From a bacterium (GTDB taxonomy: Bacteria > Fidelibacterota > Marinisomatia > Marinisomatales > UBA1611), in NCBI GenBank assembly GCA_038127595.1, contig JAYPIC010000044.1, positions 1 through 12,638 of the forward strand: a stretch of DNA of 12,638 nucleotides, given 5' to 3'. Positions 1 through 6,406 of the stretch are shown here, piece after piece. The position numbers and the translations under genes are program-made. The notes beneath the pieces are model-generated. The model worked only from the letters and a program-made list of their open reading frames with translations. It had not been told where the DNA came from and did no database searches. The number at the start of each line of letters is the position of its first letter. Position 1 is the first letter of the stretch.

Positions 1-287
1 TGTCAGAATCTTTAGAAGCTGTTATTTCCCAAAAGCTATTGCCAACAAAAGATGGGAAAGGTAGAGTACCAGCTTGTGAAGTCATGATATCAACAACTGC
101 AATACGAAATCTAATTCGTGAAGATAGAATTTTTCAGATAACCTCTGTAATCCAATCAGGTGGAGTAGAGGGGATGCAAACGTTAGATCAAGATCTTCAA
201 AGGTTAGTTACGCAAGGTAAGATAGAAAGAAAAGTTGCTATGGACATTGCAGATAACCCAAAACTATTCAAACAAAACGTATTATAG
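1..287 (+). CDS. pilT: Type IV pilus retraction ATPase PilT, 3' part (5'-truncated by window edge)
   Basis: Frame is open from position 3 (SESLEAVISQKLLPTKDGKGRVPACEVMISTTAIRNLIREDRIFQI...GMQTLDQDL) to TAG at 285-287. It contains the PilT-diagnostic AIRNLIRE motif and GMQTLD. The track's TTG start at 39 is internal. Confidence 0.93.
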   Translation, partial: SESLEAVISQKLLPTKDGKGRVPACEVMISTTAIRNLIREDRIFQITSVIQSGGVEGMQTLDQDLQRLVTQGKIERKVAMDIADNPKLFKQNVL

Positions 288-292
288 GAATA

Positions 293-769
293 ATGTTGAG
301 AAAAACTAGTAGCGGTATTGGTTTTATAGAAGTAATGACAGCTGTTGTAATTATCTCTATTGCTGCACTAGGTATTTTAATGGGGGCTGTTCATGCTAGA
401 GGTGAGCTTCATGCTTTGGAAGTAAAAGAGCGCGCTACTGAGGAGTTATTAAACTACATGGAGTATTGGAAAGGCAGAATAGCTGACGGCGTTCTTTCAT
501 CTTCTGAGTGGAGTGGCGACTTACAGGGAGATCAAATATATTTGTATGGCAATGCTCAATCCAGTTACAAGGTGAGGGCTACTTTGTATTATGATATAGA
601 TAAACTAGATAGTTATACAGAACATGGGCCAACTGATTTTAAAAGGTATAGATTAGAATGTTGGATAAAATGGAAAGACTTTTTACAGACGCCAGGTAAT
701 AGATGGAGTGATAAAGTTGAAAAAGAAAGAAGGCTGTCTACTGTCATGGCAGTATTTGATGTAGAATGA
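293..769 (+). CDS. Minor type IV pilin, PilV/GspI-like (class III signal peptide)
   Basis: MLRKTSSG|IGFIEVMTAVVIISIAALGILMG has a short basic leader, Gly at -1, Glu at +5 and a hydrophobic helix. First of three consecutive prepilin-like genes; the PilV assignment rests on position and size. Confidence 0.75.
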   Translation: MLRKTSSGIGFIEVMTAVVIISIAALGILMGAVHARGELHALEVKERATEELLNYMEYWKGRIADGVLSSSEWSGDLQGDQIYLYGNAQSSYKVRATLYYDIDKLDSYTEHGPTDFKRYRLECWIKWKDFLQTPGNRWSDKVEKERRLSTVMAVFDVE

Positions 770-1386
770 TGAGGCTAAACCACACTTCAAAAGGAATGAC
801 ATTGATCGAAATGACTGCAGTAGTTGTTGTTACTAGTATTATTGCACTGGGTATGACTATGGGTACAAGAGGGGTACTTCTTCATTATCAAACTGATCAT
901 GTGCGGCAGGATTTAAGGCAGTATGGTAATAATGTGATGAGGGAGGCAGTTAGGGAGCTAAATCTTGCTCAAAAAGTCGAGGTTGATGGGTTGAACGGGT
1001 TTTCGAGAATTAAATTGTACAAATATTACAGTGATTTAACACCAAGTATGGTCATATCTTGCCACCAAACGAACGGAGTTCAGTTTAATTATGATGTTCC
1101 GATAAATGGAACATTGAAGCTTCCTAATTTCGGTGCCTATCGAAGTAATGGCCAGAGAAATGTATGGGTAAAAGACTTTGTTGTTACTAGCGAACCTAGT
1201 TCTAGACCAGGATTAACTGCTTTTAAACAATCTTATTTACATTTAGAGTTAACAATTGCCATGGACCAGGATGTCTTTACAAATGGTCAAAATACTTCAG
1301 AAGATCATTATTTTCATAGGGGTGTATTTTTAGGGCAATCATTTATCATGAAAAAATTAACGAATGACCAGTCTCAAATTTCATAG
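766..1386 (+). CDS. Minor type IV pilin, PilW/GspJ-like (class III signal peptide)
   Basis: MMRLNHTSKG|MTLIEMTAVVVVTSIIALGMTMG matches the prepilin N-methylation pattern G|xTLIE. It continues with a long helix (RQDLRQYGNNVMREAVRELNLA) typical of PilW/GspJ. ATGA overlap with the upstream gene at 766-769. Confidence 0.8.
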   Translation: MMRLNHTSKGMTLIEMTAVVVVTSIIALGMTMGTRGVLLHYQTDHVRQDLRQYGNNVMREAVRELNLAQKVEVDGLNGFSRIKLYKYYSDLTPSMVISCHQTNGVQFNYDVPINGTLKLPNFGAYRSNGQRNVWVKDFVVTSEPSSRPGLTAFKQSYLHLELTIAMDQDVFTNGQNTSEDHYFHRGVFLGQSFIMKKLTNDQSQIS

Positions 1387-3607
1387 TAAAGGTAGCGCAG
1401 CTCCGCTTGCAATGTTATTTACCATGGTAAGCATGGTGTTTACTGCAGCATACCTTAAAAGTTCATTTAATATGTCTGTGCTTGAGGAATATCGCTATGC
1501 AGAGCACAGAGCTCTATACGCCGCAGAGGCTGGGTTAAATGAAGTTGGTGTGGTGATTTTACCTCAGTTAGTTACAGAAGATACGCTGCTTTATCCGGAA
1601 GGCAGAAAATATGGTAGCAATGAAAATGGAGCCCCGATAGGAAAATATAAAGATATTTATGCCAGAACAGAGCTTGAACAAAACTCAACCAGAAAAATAT
1701 ATTATGTTTATTCTACTGGTGAGGCTACGCCAAGAACAAGTTTCGGAGATCGCGTAGATCCAATTGAGCGTACTGTATTTATGACTATGCAGGCTCAAGG
1801 ATTCGAAGATTTTATGTATTTTACGAATGAAGAAAAACCCATTGGTCCAGGCAATACCGGTACAGTGAATTTTGGTACCAATGACCAATTGGAGGGTAGA
1901 GTTCATACAAATGGCAACATGGCTTTTAGCAGCTACGGATGCCCAGAGTTTTCCGGCTCTGTTACGATTACTGATGAAGCCGTAGAAAACGGTGGTGGAA
2001 TAGGATCGTGGGGAGCATGTGACGAGGGTGTTTTTGAGCAAAATATTGGGGGCGAGACCGTAAATATTTTAGATACGATTGCCGCAATAAACTTTCCTCC
2101 TGAAAATTCAGCTCAGTTAGTTAGGGCTAATGCAGATTATGTTTTCAGTGCTGATGATATGCTTTTTCGTACGGGTAAAAAAGACACAATGGTAATGACC
2201 GAAATAAATTTTACTGAGAATGGATTTTGGGCTTCCCAATGGTGGTATAACATTCCTCCTATTGGTGGGCCACCAAATGAATTTGATTTTAGATGGGATG
2301 CCATTAATGGAGCTTTAAACGTTGCTGTATCAGGTGTCCATTTTGGACCAGATAATATATTTACTCCTGGTATTGGTTACGAAGGTACTTTTTTGATTCT
2401 TAGTGCTCTAGATATATCAGGAACAAATATCAGATCAACAATCATCAGCTCTATAAGTTCAGGGGACGTTTTAAGAATTTCAAATGCTGGTGGCTCTAAG
2501 ACAGTTGCATTTGCTGCAAATAATGATCCTATCCCTATCGGTGAAGATCGGGTTATGATTCAAATAAATTCAGAATCAATTACATTTGCTTCGACCACAG
2601 GGGAGGGATTTCTTGATGGAGAAACCATCACACTGGTAAATACTAGTGCATCCACTGGCCTGGCTGAAGATGTTGAATGGAATGATTTTAGATACTACCA
2701 TGATCATGCTGATGACGGCACTGAATATTGCCCGCCTGGTGGCAGGCACCATTTTGATTTTGATTATTGGAACGCTGGTGGCCTGGCTGGATTAAATTGT
2801 GATATTTTTTCTTGTCCTGATCAGATTTACACTAGCGAGTATGTCTACATGCAAAGACTCTTTTATCCGTACTCTGGTCCCTCTGTTATTTACGTCAAGG
2901 GAGGCCAGGTGTTAGTCCGGGGTCGTGTTGGAGGACAGTACACAATCGTTACTGATGACTATACCGAATACCGTAGACATGACAATATGAGCATTGTCGA
3001 TCGAGTTTGGGGTAATATTTGGCTCATTGATGACATTGTTTATGCGGACTCATATGCAAATGGTGCAATTATACACCCTGATGATGGTGGTACTCAAAAT
3101 GTATTAGGTCTAATTGCTGGTGGTAGTGTAATAATTGCAAATACAAGACCCAATGGTGCTAGAGGTCAGTTATATGGATCAGATATAAAAATAAATGCTG
3201 CTATAATGGCAATGTATGGTGGTTTCATATCTCATTACTGGCAAAATACTTTAACAGCATATCATGACTGGAATGATAATTTATCTTATGGCTACATTGC
3301 AGATGGTAGGGGTGGACATAGAAATTATTTTAGAGCTCAAGACCAAAATGGTTTGTATACCAATACAAATGATAAACGAGGAATTGTTAATCTTTGGGGG
3401 TCCATTGTACAGCAAAAGCGTGGTTACTTGCTCAGAAACTATCCAGGACCGTATAACGCATCTCCAGGAGTTGGGTATGATAAAAACTATAATTACGATT
3501 GGAATCTACGTACAAATCCACCTCCCTATTATCCGGATCAAGTTGATGTAAACAACAATGTGATTTTAAAGATGGCCTCATACGGAGAGTTAGGAGATGA
3601 TATATAA
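1364..3607 (+). CDS. Large PilX/GspK-like minor pilin (747 aa) with an extended, probably beta-solenoid, C-terminal region
   Basis: SKG|SAAPLAMLFTMVSMVFTAAYL has Gly -1, a hydrophobic helix and no Glu+5, as in PilX/GspK. It is followed by the PilX N-terminal signature RALYAAEAGLNE. Later short beta-strand motifs: LEGRVHTNGNM, VIYVKGGQVLVRG, GNIWLIDDIVY, VLGLIAGGSVIIAN, IKINAAIMA, VNLWGSIVQQKRG, then GYDKNYNYDWNLRTNPPPYYP. Overlaps the upstream gene by 23 nt. Confidence 0.75.
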   Translation: MTSLKFHSKGSAAPLAMLFTMVSMVFTAAYLKSSFNMSVLEEYRYAEHRALYAAEAGLNEVGVVILPQLVTEDTLLYPEGRKYGSNENGAPIGKYKDIYARTELEQNSTRKIYYVYSTGEATPRTSFGDRVDPIERTVFMTMQAQGFEDFMYFTNEEKPIGPGNTGTVNFGTNDQLEGRVHTNGNMAFSSYGCPEFSGSVTITDEAVENGGGIGSWGACDEGVFEQNIGGETVNILDTIAAINFPPENSAQLVRANADYVFSADDMLFRTGKKDTMVMTEINFTENGFWASQWWYNIPPIGGPPNEFDFRWDAINGALNVAVSGVHFGPDNIFTPGIGYEGTFLILSALDISGTNIRSTIISSISSGDVLRISNAGGSKTVAFAANNDPIPIGEDRVMIQINSESITFASTTGEGFLDGETITLVNTSASTGLAEDVEWNDFRYYHDHADDGTEYCPPGGRHHFDFDYWNAGGLAGLNCDIFSCPDQIYTSEYVYMQRLFYPYSGPSVIYVKGGQVLVRGRVGGQYTIVTDDYTEYRRHDNMSIVDRVWGNIWLIDDIVYADSYANGAIIHPDDGGTQNVLGLIAGGSVIIANTRPNGARGQLYGSDIKINAAIMAMYGGFISHYWQNTLTAYHDWNDNLSYGYIADGRGGHRNYFRAQDQNGLYTNTNDKRGIVNLWGSIVQQKRGYLLRNYPGPYNASPGVGYDKNYNYDWNLRTNPPPYYPDQVDVNNNVILKMASYGELGDDI

Positions 3608-3626
3608 TATGAAAGAGACGATATAA

Positions 3627-4682
3627 ATGCTAGTAGGACTAGATATAGGAAGACAATATATAAAAGTTGTTGCCATGAATAAGATAAAAGATGGTTATAA
3701 AATTATAGATGCAGGTCAACGTTTAGTTCCAGATCCTAATCAGGCTTTCGATCCAGATAAGATAGATACACACCATTGGGTAATGGCGATAAAAGAGCTC
3801 CTGAGGCAGCAGAACATGAATCCTAAAAAAATAAAACTAATGGCTACAGGGATTAGTGGTTCTTCTGCGAGTGTGAAGCAAATAACAACCATGGAAATGC
3901 CTACTGAAGAGCTTGAGTCAGCTATGACATTTGAAGCGAGAAAACATATACCAATGGATGGTACTGATGCGGTGATTGATTATCAAATTTTAGGTTCGAA
4001 TGAAAAGGAAGTTGATAAAATTGATGTGGGTTTAGTTGCATGCACAAAGGGTGTTCTTAATTCACATATTGACCTTTTAAAAGAGAGTGGGTTGAAGCCT
4101 GGTGTGATAGATGTAGATCCAATAGCAATCACAAATGCTTTTACATTCTTGAAAGATATGCCTTCAGATGGGTTAGCTGTCTTACTGGATATTGGTGCCT
4201 TGTCATCAAGTTTGATAGTGTGGGGAAGTGGTCAACAATATTTCACTCGAGATCTACCCATAGGCGGTCACCAATTTGTTCAAGAAATAGTAAAAAAGAA
4301 TGACATTAGTTATACAGAAGCACAAGATCTTCTATACAAGGAGGGGGTCTCTTCTGTGGTGAAAAAGAGTGATGAAGAAACCACAGCTAGTTTGGGAGTT
4401 GCAGAAAGATCTGTCTACGATAATTTAATTGAGGATCTAAGAAGAAGTTTAAGGTTCTATGCAAAGCAAACGGGGCAAAGTTTTTTCTTAAAGATTTTAC
4501 TAACTGGTGGAGCAGCATCTACCCCTGGTTTAGCAGAGCTAATTAGTTCAAAACTAAATATAGATTCAGCTGTTTTAAATCCTTTTGAAGGTGTTGATGG
4601 AGCGGATGATATAAGCGTAGATAATCCAAGTCAATTTACATTAGCAATGGGACTGTGCATTCGTGCCGGGATGGAAGAATGA
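3627..4682 (+). CDS. pilM: Type IV pilus assembly protein PilM (FtsA/actin-like fold)
   Basis: Actin-fold motifs VGLDIG, LLDIGA and ILLTGGAA, plus PilM-typical FEARKHIPM...VIDYQIL, GLKPGVIDVDPIA, LRRSLRFY and LNPF. 351 aa, first gene of a pilMNOPQ-like run. Confidence 0.93.
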   Translation: MLVGLDIGRQYIKVVAMNKIKDGYKIIDAGQRLVPDPNQAFDPDKIDTHHWVMAIKELLRQQNMNPKKIKLMATGISGSSASVKQITTMEMPTEELESAMTFEARKHIPMDGTDAVIDYQILGSNEKEVDKIDVGLVACTKGVLNSHIDLLKESGLKPGVIDVDPIAITNAFTFLKDMPSDGLAVLLDIGALSSSLIVWGSGQQYFTRDLPIGGHQFVQEIVKKNDISYTEAQDLLYKEGVSSVVKKSDEETTASLGVAERSVYDNLIEDLRRSLRFYAKQTGQSFFLKILLTGGAASTPGLAELISSKLNIDSAVLNPFEGVDGADDISVDNPSQFTLAMGLCIRAGMEE

Positions 4683-5269
4683 AAAACTATATAAAAATAA
4701 ATTTAAATAAAGCTGAAAGTTCTGAGGTTGTAAAGGAGAGAGTCCTTGAGCGAACTCGATGGGTAGTTTTTGGCGTTCTAATATTTAGCTTACTATTTAT
4801 AAACGTTCGTGTTTGGATGATAGGTTTTGGATATAACTCCGTGATTCAAAAGAAGAAAGATCAAATTAAAGATCTTGAAAATCAAATTAAACAACTCCAA
4901 TCAAAAGGGAAAAATTTGTCAAAAAATGATATTATGTCTTTTGCCGACCTAGAACAAGATAGGTTTTTGTGGGCGAGAAACATGGAATTATTAGGCCAAA
5001 TGACACCAGATGATATGGCCATTACAGGTATGAAGTTTAAGAGAGATAAATTGACAATTAAAGGAATTGGCTTAACATTTGAGGATCGAAAAGATTTTGA
5101 AATTATAGATGAATATGTTCAAACACTTAGAGATAACAAAGAGTTTTCACAAAATTTTTCAAGGATAAAGTATGTAGGGCATCAGAAAATTAGTGTTCGA
5201 GGTCAAAATATCATTCGATTTGAAATTATTGCATCAATAAAAAAAGGCGGAAAAAAAGTTTATTCCTAG
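4679..5269 (+). CDS. pilN: Type IV pilus alignment protein PilN
   Basis: Start re-assigned to ATG 4679, which gives an ATGA overlap with the pilM stop. MKNYIKINL resembles the PilN INL motif, followed by one TM segment, a coiled coil (QKKKDQIKDLENQIKQLQ), W...L...TPDDMAIT and LTIKG. Lies between pilM and pilO. Confidence 0.82.
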   Translation: MKNYIKINLNKAESSEVVKERVLERTRWVVFGVLIFSLLFINVRVWMIGFGYNSVIQKKKDQIKDLENQIKQLQSKGKNLSKNDIMSFADLEQDRFLWARNMELLGQMTPDDMAITGMKFKRDKLTIKGIGLTFEDRKDFEIIDEYVQTLRDNKEFSQNFSRIKYVGHQKISVRGQNIIRFEIIASIKKGGKKVYS

Positions 5270-5276
5270 AGCTCTA

Positions 5277-5846
5277 ATGGCAGAAAAAAGAAATATAATA
5301 TTATTTGGAGCAATTATTATTTTGACACTCAGCTATTGGGTTAGTTCGGCTTTCTTCATTGGGGATAAGCCATTTGAAATAAAGCTCCTAGAACAAGAAG
5401 AAACAGAGTTAAATGAGAATCTGATTAGTGCTCAGATCTTAGCTAGTAAGCTTGATCGTGTTTACACCTTGTTCCAAGAAAATCTTGCTCTTTCTCAACA
5501 GGATTCTCTTGCTGAGGATGCTAGTTTACCTTTCTTAAATAGTCTAACAGATATTTTAGATGATTTGGATATTCAGCTTCTTGGCATTAAGCCAAAGGAT
5601 AGGGAAAGTAAAGGCGATTATTATAAGTCACCATATGTAATTACTGTTGAGTGTACGTATGATGAATTTGGAAAGTTTCTAGCAGAAATAGAACGTTCAC
5701 CCAGATTGATAACTTTGAACGAATATGAAGTGAAAAATGGTATTGAAAGAGTAAAAACAAATGTTTCAGAGGATGATCTATTAGAGCAAGTTTTTGAACT
5801 CAATTTAGCTACGATAACTTTGGTTAAATCTAGGTCAAAAGGATAA
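5277..5846 (+). CDS. pilO: Type IV pilus alignment protein PilO
   Basis: N-terminal TM segment, coiled coil, then the PilO-type YYKSPYVITVECTYDEFGKFLAEIERSPRLITL motif. Follows pilN. Confidence 0.87.
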   Translation: MAEKRNIILFGAIIILTLSYWVSSAFFIGDKPFEIKLLEQEETELNENLISAQILASKLDRVYTLFQENLALSQQDSLAEDASLPFLNSLTDILDDLDIQLLGIKPKDRESKGDYYKSPYVITVECTYDEFGKFLAEIERSPRLITLNEYEVKNGIERVKTNVSEDDLLEQVFELNLATITLVKSRSKG

Positions 5847-5848
5847 GC

Positions 5849-6388
5849 ATGAGCGAAAGATCACAAACAATTTGGAAACTTTTAGTTACTTTTGCTATTC
5901 TGTCGCTAATAGCTGGGGGTTTTAGCTTATATCCAAAAAATAAAAAATATGGTAAGATTGTCGCAAAGTCCGTTAGAACATTTGGAACAGATAAAGAACT
6001 TGAAAATGTAATTGAATATTTAGAGGAAAGACTTAAACAAAGAGGGTTTTATCAGTTTTCACTTCAAAAGCAGCCAATGAGATTAACAAATGTTTTGACA
6101 CTTGCGGATGGTAGTGGCCCAAGTAGTCGAAGAAGTCGCAGTGCTCTTAGGGTATCAATGATTTATCAAAGTCAGAAAAAATTTCAAGCTCAATTAAACT
6201 ACAGGGGAAAGATTTATACAGTTAGTAATGGGCAGAGCATCCCTAGTCTTGGTAATGTTGTGCACATAGATGATAAGCAAGTGGTTATGAAAAGAGAAAA
6301 TAAGATACTCTCATACCCTGCTCCAGGTACTGACAGGCAAGATGCTATAGAGATTAGTGCGGAAGATTTTAAACGAGGTAAGATATAA
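5849..6388 (+). CDS. PilP/GspC-HR-like periplasmic linker with an N-terminal membrane anchor
   Basis: Occupies the pilP slot between pilO and pilQ. C-terminal LRVSMIYQSQKKFQAQLNYRGKIYTVSNGQSIPSLGNVVHIDDKQVVM resembles the PilP/GspC HR beta-domain pattern. It has a hydrophobic N-terminal segment and no Cys, so it cannot be a lipoprotein. Confidence 0.6.
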   Translation: MSERSQTIWKLLVTFAILSLIAGGFSLYPKNKKYGKIVAKSVRTFGTDKELENVIEYLEERLKQRGFYQFSLQKQPMRLTNVLTLADGSGPSSRRSRSALRVSMIYQSQKKFQAQLNYRGKIYTVSNGQSIPSLGNVVHIDDKQVVMKRENKILSYPAPGTDRQDAIEISAEDFKRGKI

Positions 6389-6406
6389 CGAAAGGTATAT
6401 AGAGAT

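Noticed and set aside
39..287. 82-aa ORF starting at TTG 39 as a complete gene
   Set aside because: The frame is open back to the window edge and matches the PilT C-terminus, so it is the tail of a longer gene.
1685..2041. Minus-strand 118-aa ORF
   Set aside because: Lies wholly antisense to the PilX-like gene with no recognisable motif; shadow ORF.
3264..3551. Alternative-frame + strand 95-aa ORF rich in Ile/Met
   Set aside because: Its composition is what a +1 shift of GAT/AAT/TAT-rich codons produces; nested in a well-supported gene.
4655..4678. GTG start at 4655 for pilN
   Set aside because: ATG 4679 overlaps the pilM stop and puts the INL motif near the N-terminus, as expected for PilN.
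5239..5257. Two A7 tracts near the pilN 3' end as phase-variation sites
   Set aside because: Short A runs are expected in AT-rich Lys codons, and the frame is intact.
5267..5276. Perfect 10-bp palindrome TAGAGCTCTA spanning the pilN stop and the pilN-pilO gap
   Set aside because: Several palindromes of this length are expected by chance in 12.6 kb. It has no loop or U-tract, so it is not a terminator, and I noticed no second copy.
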